45,525 bases of DNA, from IMG/VR virus record IMGVR_UViG_3300024222_000002; one strand, written 5' to 3'. The translations under genes were made by a program, and so were the position numbers. This document shows, piece after piece, positions 35,279-43,922 of the stretch. The stretch comes from a virus. How positions within the stretch are numbered: position 1 is the stretch's first letter; the number at the start of each line of letters is the position of its first letter. Under the pieces are notes generated by a model. It had not been told where the DNA came from and ran no database searches. It was given only the letters and a program-made list of their open reading frames with translations.

Positions 35279-36553
35279 TCAAACCCGCGCTTTAGGCGGA
35301 ACGTAGTTCCCGGATTCCATTTCTTTCCATACGTCTTCCGATGTTCGTTTACCGTTCTTCGGCACGGCAGCAGCAGCGGAAGAGGTTGCTTGTGGACCGG
35401 AACCAACGTCTTTGGTCTTTGCGGCGATTGCCTGTTTTGTCTCAATCGTCTGCTTGCTCGTCTGCAAGATGGATTTGCTCCACTCGCTTGCAATATCTCG
35501 CGCCACACGCGGAATGACGAGCTTTGCCCGCTTTGTGGCGAAATCAACGATGGCATTGTGGTCGGAAATTCCTTGCCGCCCTTTTTGTGCGCCTTGACGG
35601 TAATTTTCCATCTGAGCGACAAATTGCGGCTGTTCACCGAGTGCTTGAAGCGTCTTGTCGTAGACTTCCCTGACCATGCGTTTCATCGTCGCTTCCGAAG
35701 CATTGGGAGCAGCCTTTTTAAGAGTTGCCTCAATCTCCGTAACCGTGCGATTAATGACTACGCTGTCGGTCTGTCCCCAGAACGATTCAAACGCCTGCGT
35801 GCCTTCCGACTGTTCTTTCTCTTGCAGTTTCTTCCGCAACTCTTCGACTTCAGGATTGCTGGCCGGTGACGCGGTGCGTCCCGGTGCAATGCCAAGTGAC
35901 TGAGCTACGAGTTGAACCGCTTGAGCCAGTGCCTCGTTTTTATCCCGCGCTGCAATCCCGTAGAGATTGCTGAGCACAGGGTCAATGTAGGATGCCGCCT
36001 GGTCGCGCCAAGCATTTACATCCGTCTTTGCAAGAATCTGCGGCAGATCGGAAACCAGCTTCGTAAACGCATGAGAGTCTGATTGTCTGAGGCTTTCCAC
36101 GAACTCGGCAGGGCTTTCGCGGTAGGTTTTACCGAAAGCTCGCGCCTGTTCCGACTCTTCCACCAGCTTTTCAGCGTCGGCAAGTGTCGGTACGCGTTCG
36201 TGTATGCCCTTGAACTCTTCCCACGGCTGGTCCCCACGCATTTCTACGTAGGCTTTGTGCTGGCCGAGAATCTGTCTGAGCTTTGGAGCTGACTTGATTT
36301 GGTCCTTGAACTCCGAAAACTCTCCAGTCCCTTCCGGCACTTCGTCCAGATTAACTTCTGTTTCTTCCGGTTCCACGCCTTGGGTCGGTTGTTCGGCAGT
36401 TTCCTGCCCCGGCACCGCTGCCGGAGTTTCAGGCGTTTCTGTGCTTGGCGGAGGCACTTCCGGTGTCGCAGCCGCGCTTGCTGCGCCGCTTTCAATCTTG
36501 GCAAACTTCTGCTCAAGAGTGTCGGCGGGGGGTGTTACTACTGTCGTTGCCAT
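35279..36553 (-). CDS. Scaffolding protein candidate (424 aa)
   Basis: Acidic, A/E/K/Q-rich and helical. Lies between portal and capsid. Confidence 0.55.
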   Translation of the reverse strand: MATTVVTPPADTLEQKFAKIESGAASAAATPEVPPPSTETPETPAAVPGQETAEQPTQGVEPEETEVNLDEVPEGTGEFSEFKDQIKSAPKLRQILGQHKAYVEMRGDQPWEEFKGIHERVPTLADAEKLVEESEQARAFGKTYRESPAEFVESLRQSDSHAFTKLVSDLPQILAKTDVNAWRDQAASYIDPVLSNLYGIAARDKNEALAQAVQLVAQSLGIAPGRTASPASNPEVEELRKKLQEKEQSEGTQAFESFWGQTDSVVINRTVTEIEATLKKAAPNASEATMKRMVREVYDKTLQALGEQPQFVAQMENYRQGAQKGRQGISDHNAIVDFATKRAKLVIPRVARDIASEWSKSILQTSKQTIETKQAIAAKTKDVGSGPQATSSAAAAVPKNGKRTSEDVWKEMESGNYVPPKARV

Positions 36554-36600
36554 TTTTCTCCTTAGAGCTGCGTCATTTAACGCTGACTAGGCGATTTGCT

Positions 36601-38970
36601 CTATGCTCCAGCTCCTGGACTTCCAGAAGCAGAACTCGGTTTAGGCGGATTCTTCTCCGCTGGCTTTAGATGAGGCGGTGGGAGCATCGCTCCAGCCCCT
36701 CCGGCGTCGGCAAGTGGTCCTTGATCTTGCAGGGCCATTGCCGCGACTGCTTGCTGCATCTCCTGCTGCTTCTCCATCATTGCGCAGGCTTTTGAGAACA
36801 AATACACGTTGATGTAGCCGGCAGGATTCGCTTGCTTTACCTGCAAACCTTTATCGCTGATGAGCCATGCCTTTGCCGTTGCCGCCGCTACTTTTAGATC
36901 GTCAATATTCGGGTCAGGAACAATACTCGGTACAGGCTGGGGAGGAGTTGGCTTGCCATCGGGTCCAACGCCGGGCTGTCCTGGTTGCGGCTGTTCCTGG
37001 GAAAGCTGGGCAATATCAAGATTGGTTTTCTTCCTCTGCTGCTCGCCAGGCACCTGAATATCGGAAATACCCAGCATGCGGAACGTATACTCAAGATTTT
37101 CAGGCGTTGCCACGGTTTGGAGGAAGATCGGGTTCCCGCCGTTGAACATATTCAGCAAAAGCGCTCGTACATCTGCTTCGAGGACCGGAAACTGCGCATC
37201 AACTTCCGGGAAGGCAACGATATTGCCCTGCATGTCCTCAAGCCGCACGAAATCGGTGTCAAATTCGCCTGTATCGCCCTGCTGAGCTACTTCCATGTCC
37301 TCAGTGCGGTTATTGGCGAAGCATTTCACTGCTTTTGCATCGACATTCGCCAGAAATTGCTGGAAATTGCGCCAGACACGCCCGATTCTGCCCATTGCCT
37401 GATTTCTTTGGATAGCAATGCCAGCCGCAGTGTCGTTTGAGCCTGTATCTCCGCCAAAAAGGGCTGGATAGTTACCTGAGAGAAACTGAGGAATGGCGTT
37501 CATCAGCATGTCGATGTACTTCATCATGGCCATCGAAGGCTCTACGGCTTGTGTAAACTGCATCTTCTGCCGAATGTCCTGATTTGGAGCCAAAGTCACG
37601 GGCGTAATATTGCCCGCATTCGCTACTTGCTCGTTCCGAGCTTCAATATCAAATAATTCTGTATCGGCAAAGCCCTCCGGCACGCCATTCATGCAAATCT
37701 CAAACAAAAGATTCGTGCAATCGTTGAGCTGGTCCTGAATCGGCAGAATCGAGCTGATCAGCGTCTCTCGGATTGACCCCTCGCCGGGCATCGTCTGCAT
37801 GGATTCCCACGCCTCATCCATGCCTTCCGCTTTCGATTCGCAATACTGGCCATTGTAGAAAACAATCTTGACGCCCTTTGGATACATCTGGAGATACTGC
37901 GACCGAAGCACCTTGTCCGTAATCCGGTAAAAGGCTTTTGGCCGTATCCATGCCCGTTGAAACGTTCCGAGGCCCTCAAGTGTCACTCCTGAATGTCTGC
38001 CTGTGCCAAGATAAAGAAGCCTGCGTGCGATGCGCTCATAGCTGGCTGCTGTTCCTGCATCGTCGCCGCCTGTCGTGCCTGACAGCAAATCCTCTTTCTC
38101 CGGGTAAGTCGCAATCGCCACGGACTTGTCGATGTCCGTTACCCAGTCCATGTACAGGAAGTCAGATTGTTCATCGGCATAAGCCGTTCTACGAATCTGC
38201 AACGCCGGAACGATGCTGACAACTTCCTGCCCTTTGGGAATCTGCAAAGTGCCTAAAGTCTCTAGGCCTGTAGCGGTCGGAGGGGGATTTTCCTGTGTTG
38301 GCTGGCCGCAATCGGGGCAAGTCGGCTGTGTATCGAGACTGCCTTCCGCTTCATACCCACAGGAAGGACATGAAACCGTTGCTGGACCTATCGGAACCTC
38401 TACCGGAGAAAGAATATCCCTTTCGTCATGGCCGAATTTGTCGCCATCGCTTACATAACGCACATGAGCGCCAAAGAACCCGTCTGTGCACATGAAATAG
38501 CCTGCTTCATCCATGCGCTTTGGCCAATCGTTCTTCCGGTGCATCTGATCGGTGAACTTGCTGGCATTCTTGGCCGTAGATACATCCTGCGGGTCAGAAG
38601 CCTTTGCAGGGAAAAACTGTGCTCTCGTATTGTTTTGCGTGATGACGCTTGAAAGAGAAAGCCCTGTTGCTTGGAAGATATTCGTAACGTTCTTGAAATT
38701 GCCGCTGTTTGTATCGGTTTCGTCAAATCCAGCTGGCAGCATGTTCGGCGGATACCAGGCTCCTGCTGAATTGTCGTACCACCAGTACTGCTCGCCACGC
38801 ATGTAAAGGCGTCTTTGAAGAATCAGCTTAACTTCTTCCCTGCGGGGGATGTCGTCAATGCGTTCAAGGTCTACCAGCAATTGCCAGAGTGGGTACCACA
38901 ATTCACGCGGCAGGTTATTCGGGTCGGGCTGGCCTGGGTCTCGTGCCGTGAGCGTGGTTGGGTTTGTCAT
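36601..38970 (-). CDS. Portal protein candidate (789 aa) with an inserted zinc ribbon
   Basis: Largest head-module ORF, lying between terL and the scaffold. 'CPSCGYEAEGSLDTQPTCPDCG' at aa 201-221. Confidence 0.6.
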   Translation of the reverse strand: MTNPTTLTARDPGQPDPNNLPRELWYPLWQLLVDLERIDDIPRREEVKLILQRRLYMRGEQYWWYDNSAGAWYPPNMLPAGFDETDTNSGNFKNVTNIFQATGLSLSSVITQNNTRAQFFPAKASDPQDVSTAKNASKFTDQMHRKNDWPKRMDEAGYFMCTDGFFGAHVRYVSDGDKFGHDERDILSPVEVPIGPATVSCPSCGYEAEGSLDTQPTCPDCGQPTQENPPPTATGLETLGTLQIPKGQEVVSIVPALQIRRTAYADEQSDFLYMDWVTDIDKSVAIATYPEKEDLLSGTTGGDDAGTAASYERIARRLLYLGTGRHSGVTLEGLGTFQRAWIRPKAFYRITDKVLRSQYLQMYPKGVKIVFYNGQYCESKAEGMDEAWESMQTMPGEGSIRETLISSILPIQDQLNDCTNLLFEICMNGVPEGFADTELFDIEARNEQVANAGNITPVTLAPNQDIRQKMQFTQAVEPSMAMMKYIDMLMNAIPQFLSGNYPALFGGDTGSNDTAAGIAIQRNQAMGRIGRVWRNFQQFLANVDAKAVKCFANNRTEDMEVAQQGDTGEFDTDFVRLEDMQGNIVAFPEVDAQFPVLEADVRALLLNMFNGGNPIFLQTVATPENLEYTFRMLGISDIQVPGEQQRKKTNLDIAQLSQEQPQPGQPGVGPDGKPTPPQPVPSIVPDPNIDDLKVAAATAKAWLISDKGLQVKQANPAGYINVYLFSKACAMMEKQQEMQQAVAAMALQDQGPLADAGGAGAMLPPPHLKPAEKNPPKPSSASGSPGAGA

Positions 38971-39312
38971 TTAGTTCGAGCAGCACCAGATACCAAGTGA
39001 ACCGGAAGCCGCCGTGTAGTTGATACGATACAAAGCTCCGCAGATGACCGGCGTAACCACTTTGTTCGTTACCGCGTTCGTTGCAAAGAAGTTTGCACCC
39101 GTAACCGCAATAGCCCAGGTCGTGCCACCATCCAAACTAACCTCTAGCTGAGCGGTGATCGTAGTAACGGTACCGACTGCCTGGAATATGGCACTATAGT
39201 CGCCGCTGCCTTTGTGCTCAGCAAAGGAGAAGACGTTGCCGACAACTGGAGCGGTGACTGCCGTGTCGATGAGCGTTGCTGTGCCGACCTGAAGTACTTT
39301 GTTGGCTGCCAT
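38971..39312 (-). CDS. Small beta-rich protein (113 aa)
   Basis: Abuts the portal start. Confidence 0.5.
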   Translation of the reverse strand: MAANKVLQVGTATLIDTAVTAPVVGNVFSFAEHKGSGDYSAIFQAVGTVTTITAQLEVSLDGGTTWAIAVTGANFFATNAVTNKVVTPVICGALYRINYTAASGSLGIWCCSN

Positions 39313-39495
39313 TTATATCTTGAATCCCTTTCTGAGAGGTTTCCAATGACGTTTGGCCATTCTCGCGAAGTTCGCTTCCTTGCCAAGTTTCCCGCCAGCA
39401 CCAGCCTTCTGATTCGCATAAGCCTGTACCGACTTTCCAGCCGCATGGGCTTTCTTCGTGAACAGGCCGCGATTGGCTGGCTTGATGTTTATCAT
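39313..39495 (-). CDS. Small basic protein (60 aa)
   Basis: Lys/Ala-rich. 4-nt overlap upstream. Confidence 0.5.
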   Translation of the reverse strand: MINIKPANRGLFTKKAHAAGKSVQAYANQKAGAGGKLGKEANFARMAKRHWKPLRKGFKI

Positions 39496-39857
39496 TTGCT
39501 CGGTGGTACAGGTGGCACAACAGGCGTAACGGCAGGCGCAACTGGTTTCGGCGCTACAACCGGCACAATCGGTTTCGCTGGCACTACAGGCACTACGCTC
39601 ACAAATGGCCGAAGGTCAGGTGCTCCATGTCTGCGTTCTTCTCTTGGTTCTGGCCGGGTATCTTTCGCTGCATTGCGGCGTTCGGGCGGAGCAAATGCAT
39701 TGATTTCCTTTGAAAATAGCGTAGGGTCAGCCGCACTTGCCTTTGCTTCCTTCGGAGTCTTGCCCAGCATCTCCAGGAGCCATTCCCGTGCATCGGTCTG
39801 ATTGCCCCGATTAACCACGCCAAAAAACCTGTCGAGTAGTTCCTTCGTTAGAATCAT
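39492..39857 (-). CDS. Hypothetical protein with a Pro/Val-rich C-terminal tail (121 aa)
   Basis: 'VVPVVPAKPIVPVVAPKPVAPAVTPVVPPVPP'. Confidence 0.5.
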   Translation of the reverse strand: MILTKELLDRFFGVVNRGNQTDAREWLLEMLGKTPKEAKASAADPTLFSKEINAFAPPERRNAAKDTRPEPREERRHGAPDLRPFVSVVPVVPAKPIVPVVAPKPVAPAVTPVVPPVPPSK

Positions 39858-39868
39858 GCGCTTCTCCT

Positions 39869-40120
39869 TTAGCCGTCAATCGTCCCTGAACCGCCAGGGT
39901 CTTGCGTCACTACTTGTCTGGGCACAGGCGAACTGGGAGTAACTGTAATCACCAGATCGACCTGCGAAGGGTTTGGGTTTGTCGCAACGCCAGTTACAAC
40001 GGCCCCGGCAAACGAAGCCGCTACCGTGGGATTGATGTCCGCCGACAGAGTAACGGTCATCGTGCCATCCAGATTCATTCTCACGTTGTCGATGTGCATG
40101 GCCTTTGTGCGGGCGAACAT
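39869..40120 (-). CDS. Small beta-rich protein (83 aa; start uncertain)
   Basis: Protein-like composition. Lies entirely within the 3' extension of the HNH ORF in another frame. Confidence 0.45.
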   Translation of the reverse strand: MFARTKAMHIDNVRMNLDGTMTVTLSADINPTVAASFAGAVVTGVATNPNPSQVDLVITVTPSSPVPRQVVTQDPGGSGTIDG

Positions 40121-40487
40121 ACGTATTTTCTACCGTGAACTCATGGCCACGCTTACAATGGGCTTTCTTTGCGTTGCGAGCGCTTATTCCAATTCCACGC
40201 AGTACATTCTCTCCGGGTTCTACCAACTCCAAATGGGAAGGCTTTACGCACTTCCGATTACGACATAGGTGGTCAATGTGCTTTCCTTTAGGGATAGGCC
40301 CTACGTATCTCTCGTAGGAAAATCGGTGTGCTCCTATCGTTCTTCCGTCTACATCGAGTGCCCCGTAACCATTTTTACCGAAAATTCCTTTTTGCCACTC
40401 CCAACAGCCGCTCGCGACAATGCATACCGCATTTAGAAAGCGTTCGTCCGCCGTTCCGCGCCAATCTTTGGTATGTCCCCACGTCAT
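39876..40487 (-). CDS. HNH endonuclease (HNH_3-type); C-terminal ~80 codons probably not genuine
   Basis: 'CWEWQKG...NGYG...AHRFSYE...IDHLCRNRKCVKPSHLELV...ENV' and 'HCKRGHEFTVENTY'. The tail after this is H/R/G/C-rich and overlaps 39869..40120. Confidence 0.75.
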   Translation of the reverse strand: MTWGHTKDWRGTADERFLNAVCIVASGCWEWQKGIFGKNGYGALDVDGRTIGAHRFSYERYVGPIPKGKHIDHLCRNRKCVKPSHLELVEPGENVLRGIGISARNAKKAHCKRGHEFTVENTYVRPHKGHAHRQRENESGWHDDRYSVGGHQSHGSGFVCRGRCNWRCDKPKPFAGRSGDYSYSQFACAQTSSDARPWRFRDD

Positions 40488-40556
40488 GATTTCAATTCCC
40501 TGACCAACGCCGCCAATACTTTCTTTGGTGGCAAATCTTTGCGCGGTCTTCCGGGT

Positions 40557-40865
40557 TTACGCGCTGCCATTTTGCTTCTCCTTTGGCATCGTAAATGCCG
40601 CTAGTTTTGCTTTGAACTGGCTGGGCAGCATCCGGCCATGCGTCTTCGGCAAAGTCTGTGGTGCGGTCGGTGTCAGTTTTGGAAGGCCCTGCTCAGTGAG
40701 GAATATCTCTTGCCACTGCCGCAACTCAGTGCGGGTACGTTCTAGCTCCTGCTCTAGGTAGCAGGTGTAGCGCCCTTTTGCTATCCAGTTCCACGCCACG
40801 CGCAAGGATTCACGCATGGGAAACAGTCTACCACCTTTGTCAAGGGGGTATTTGTTACCTAGCAA
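40557..40865 (-). CDS. Hypothetical protein (102 aa; start TTG 40865 or ATG 40817)
   Basis: ORF downstream of terL. Confidence 0.45.
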   Translation of the reverse strand: MLGNKYPLDKGGRLFPMRESLRVAWNWIAKGRYTCYLEQELERTRTELRQWQEIFLTEQGLPKLTPTAPQTLPKTHGRMLPSQFKAKLAAFTMPKEKQNGSA

Positions 40866-42411
40866 ACCTCCAGTGCCTCCGCTTGATGGGGATTGTCGTG
40901 GGATGCTTCTTGCTCTCCGCGATTGCCTTTTCGTACTGCACCATCATGTCAGGTGCCGCTTGTTTGACGATTTCCTGCACGCGCTCCTTGAGCCTGAGGG
41001 AAAGAGGCTTGCCAACCACCGTGATTCGCTCCTCAGCTAGCCCATACCGCGCACAATCTGCCGGGTCATCGCCAACATAGTTCTCGCTGTGGTCTACCTT
41101 TAGAACGTCCTCAGAGTTGCGCTGCATGTCTCTGACGAGCGTCGGCAGGCATTCTATGAGCTTCTTGCACTCTCTGCTGATCTTCCACTGCTCTGCTTCG
41201 ATTAACTGGTGCATCAATCTCCAGCCAGAGATTCTGGTACCAGGACTGGCATCGGCTGGCGTTGGATAGGCCACATTCGAGGGTAAAGCATTTGCAATCA
41301 ACTCGGTAATAGGCCTTCGAGTCTCTTTTGAGAGCTTGCCGAACGCATCCCAGCTTAGATAGAAGTTCTTGATTGGCTCGCCCTTCGATAGTTCGCCAAT
41401 CTTGTGCCCTAAAGCCGCTTCGCCTAGTCCAATACTCCAGAACTCTCTGTAAGTCGTGACAAAGCCCTCTTCATCCTGCGCATGCCAATGAAAACAAGCA
41501 GGATGCTCGAATCCCCAGTCACCGCTAATCCAGCGTTTATGCCACGGCTGGATGATGATGCTTTCCGCCTCGATTGTGTCTTTCTCATAGCGGAAGTTCT
41601 GGAAGTATTGCCCTTCAAACGCTCCCCATTTGCCGTACAGCCAGGCCTCTCTCAGGTAAGCATTCGTCAGACCGGCGAGCGTTGCTCCAAACTGCGTTCT
41701 GTTTATGAAATACTCGCGCCTACGATCTTCGTCCCATGAGTAGAAGTCTTCTTCGTCCAGGCCATCTTTCTCAAGCTCTGTTCTCGCCCACTCCACGTTA
41801 TCCCACGCAAACGCTTGAATGAATGCCCACTTGTTTCTAACTTCTTCGCCTCTTAGTTGCCCATCAGGAAACACTCGTTTCAGGTAGTTCAAGCCCTTTG
41901 GCGGGATTCCAGCTTCAGAAAGCCCTGGCATAAACGTATAGACCATCTTGGGCGTGATCGCTCTGTTGCTTGTGCAGCGATTTGAGCCAGTCAGCTTCTC
42001 CAGCTCATCCTGGCTGAACTCCTGCGACTCATCGACCATGATGTCAGCGAACTCAGCCGAATAGAAGTTGGCCATGTCCTTTTCATGCTCTGCCGAGCCA
42101 AAGAACAGTTTTGAGCCATTCGGAAAGGCTACTTCCTTGCGCTGTTCATTCCACCAGCCACGTGTAATCGGAAACTCTTCAAACATCTTGATTATGTGCG
42201 ACTTATAAAGCTCTGGATACGTTCTGCGGAGAATCAGGCCGGTTGTATTTGCGTATTCTAACCTTCTGAGCAGCATACATCTGCGACCACCACCAGACTT
42301 AGCTCCGCCTCGCGCTCCGCCAAAGCCTATGCGTGTTGTCTGTGAATCGTTCCAGAGTTCTAGTAGGTGGGATTGTTTCGGCTGAAGGCGTACGGATATT
42401 TCAATTGCCAA
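40855..42411 (-). CDS. terL: Terminase large subunit
   Basis: Walker A 'GGARGGAKSGG' and Walker B 'ADIMVDESQEF'. 518 aa. TTG start overlaps the terS end. Confidence 0.85.
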   Translation of the reverse strand: MAIEISVRLQPKQSHLLELWNDSQTTRIGFGGARGGAKSGGGRRCMLLRRLEYANTTGLILRRTYPELYKSHIIKMFEEFPITRGWWNEQRKEVAFPNGSKLFFGSAEHEKDMANFYSAEFADIMVDESQEFSQDELEKLTGSNRCTSNRAITPKMVYTFMPGLSEAGIPPKGLNYLKRVFPDGQLRGEEVRNKWAFIQAFAWDNVEWARTELEKDGLDEEDFYSWDEDRRREYFINRTQFGATLAGLTNAYLREAWLYGKWGAFEGQYFQNFRYEKDTIEAESIIIQPWHKRWISGDWGFEHPACFHWHAQDEEGFVTTYREFWSIGLGEAALGHKIGELSKGEPIKNFYLSWDAFGKLSKETRRPITELIANALPSNVAYPTPADASPGTRISGWRLMHQLIEAEQWKISRECKKLIECLPTLVRDMQRNSEDVLKVDHSENYVGDDPADCARYGLAEERITVVGKPLSLRLKERVQEIVKQAAPDMMVQYEKAIAESKKHPTTIPIKRRHWRFAR

Positions 42412-42682
42412 CGTGCGTCACTTTCACGGATATTTCGCCGCCGTCTTTGCCAGTAATCTCAGTAGGCTGCAGCGGTTTGCCGAACTTGTATTCCATGAGC
42501 TTTTGCCAGACAGGTAAGCCGATATTTGGTGCTGATTGAGTGAGGAATCTACAAGCGAGGTTCTCTAATGCGAAAGGTGCCAGCTTTGAATCTGCTTTGA
42601 TGAGAAGTGATTCCACGCGAGCTACGAACGCTTCTCCGGCTGGTTTCTTATTTCCTGAGCCTTTTGGTCGTCCTTTTGGCAT
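42401..42682 (-). CDS. terS: Terminase small subunit candidate (93 aa)
   Basis: Directly upstream of and overlapping terL. N-terminal 'PKGRPKGSGNKK' DNA-binding-like basic arm. Confidence 0.55.
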   Translation of the reverse strand: MPKGRPKGSGNKKPAGEAFVARVESLLIKADSKLAPFALENLACRFLTQSAPNIGLPVWQKLMEYKFGKPLQPTEITGKDGGEISVKVTHVGN

Positions 42683-42690
42683 TATTTTGG

Positions 42691-42719
42691 ATTAAATACC
42701 TATTTCTTTGCCTTGTCAA
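42691..42719 (-). promoter_or_regulatory. Sigma70-type promoter (TTGACA-17 nt-TTTAAT) immediately before terS
   Basis: - strand TTGACA is 42719..42714, spacer is 17 nt, TTTAAT is 42696..42691. Only 8 nt and no SD before ATG 42682. Confidence 0.55.
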
Positions 42720-42732
42720 TGCGTTCTAGTAC

Positions 42733-43110
42733 TTAACGCTTATCCCAGTAGACGCAGAACCCTAGATTGCAGAAACAGAAACCAATGCCTTTTCGCCAAA
42801 ATTCATTCGGGTCACGCTGAAACCTAACTTTTATCAGATTGAATCCCGCTGAGAGTGGAAACGCGAACCAGTCAATGTGCCTTCCTTCCGATTCCATTAT
42901 CTGCCTCCTGCTTGCTGGAATCGCCCTGCCAACCAAGCGGCGTGCATCGTAATGCCCCACTTTAGGTGCCGGCTTCCAAGCTGTGTAGCCTGAACCTGCC
43001 CCGATCTCCAAGACTTCGAGGCCGTCCAGCCGTGGCCCGAATTGCCAGAGAATCTCATCCCGAATGGGATAATCGTGCGTCCCGCCACTTATCCTCTTCG
43101 TTTCTAAGCT
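42733..43110 (-). pseudogene. Class I SAM-methyltransferase-like remnant
   Basis: Frame is open from 43110. 'LDGLEVLEIGAGSGYT' (motif I) and 'IDWFAFPLSAGFNLIKV' (motif II/III-like). Too short for a full fold. No ATG/GTG upstream of motif I, only TTG 43011. Confidence 0.4.
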
Positions 43111-43375
43111 CTAAGCCGCGCTTGATGCCGTCGATGTTCGATTGAATCTCGGAAGTTACACTGTCGTAGCCGATAGTCCCTATTGGAGTTGGCTGCTCAT
43201 GTTTGATAGTTGGATGTGAAGGCTCAGCACATTCCAATATCTGATTCTGATGCGCTTGCCACCAATGATCTGCATCTATCTTCCCAGCCCAATAGCTAAA
43301 TTGCCCAATAACTGCAATTGCCGCGACGACTAGAATATAGTCATACCAGCGAATCTCTCTCCCTATGCCGCTCAT
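43055..43375 (-). CDS. N-terminal-TM protein (106 aa)
   Basis: 'YILVVAAIAVIGQFSYW'. ATGA overlap upstream. Confidence 0.55.
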   Translation of the reverse strand: MSGIGREIRWYDYILVVAAIAVIGQFSYWAGKIDADHWWQAHQNQILECAEPSHPTIKHEQPTPIGTIGYDSVTSEIQSNIDGIKRGLELRNEEDKWRDARLSHSG

Positions 43376-43740
43376 CCTTCGCGCCCTTTCTGCCCCAACT
43401 TTTCTGCTAAGTGTAATGCTAAGAACATTTTAGCTCGTCCTCTTAGGATGTCAGTGCTCGAGAAATGCAGCACCCGCCAGCCAAGCATCGTGCCAGCGTT
43501 GGCCTTATCGTAATCGCGCTGAATGCCGGTTCCGCTCGAGTGACCGCCCTTGCGCCAAATCTGGCCGCATATTTCAATCGCTATATTGCTGTCCACGAGG
43601 CTGAAATCCCAACGCCACTTTCTCAGTGGGTGGAACCTGGTTTCGGTGCAATAGGCGAGGCCCAGTTCGCTCAAATGCTTCCTGAAAAGCGTGTGCGTCA
43701 CTGGCTCGCTCTTCCTGCCGCCTGCCGCTCGTTTGCTCAT
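43372..43740 (-). CDS. PD-(D/E)XK / Vsr-DUF559-like endonuclease (122 aa)
   Basis: 'RWDFSLVDSNIAIEICGQIWRKGGHSSGTGIQRDYDKANAGTMLGWRVLHFS' fits the D...ExK-type nuclease core seen in Vsr/DUF559-like proteins. Confidence 0.55.
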   Translation of the reverse strand: MSKRAAGGRKSEPVTHTLFRKHLSELGLAYCTETRFHPLRKWRWDFSLVDSNIAIEICGQIWRKGGHSSGTGIQRDYDKANAGTMLGWRVLHFSSTDILRGRAKMFLALHLAEKLGQKGREG

Positions 43741-43916
43741 GCAGCTCGCCTTTTCCGCCTGCGATATGTCCTGTCAAGAGCTAGGCAAATATTACACGCT
43801 GTGCTTGGCTTCTCTGCTGGACGAACCGAACACTTAACGCAAATACCCTGTTTCCTTAGCTTTGCACGCCTTTTTCGCGAGTAGTCTCGATTGTACTCGC
43901 TGGTATTACTAGCCAT
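43737..43916 (-). CDS. Small basic zinc-ribbon protein (59 aa), first gene of the leftward unit
   Basis: 'MASNTSEYNRDYSRKRRAKLRKQGICVKCSV...CNICL...RRRKRRAA'. ATG 43916 lies 6 nt after a -10-like hexamer. Confidence 0.5.
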   Translation of the reverse strand: MASNTSEYNRDYSRKRRAKLRKQGICVKCSVRPAEKPSTACNICLALDRTYRRRKRRAA

Positions 43917-43922
43917 GCCGCA

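Noticed and set aside
39214-39801. + strand frame reading GGTGGTTGVTAGATGFGATTGTIGFAGTTGTT (collagen/Gly-Thr-repeat-like)
   Set aside because: It is antisense to the coupled - strand genes. The - frame gives a Pro/Val-rich linker in 39492..39857, which fits the operon.
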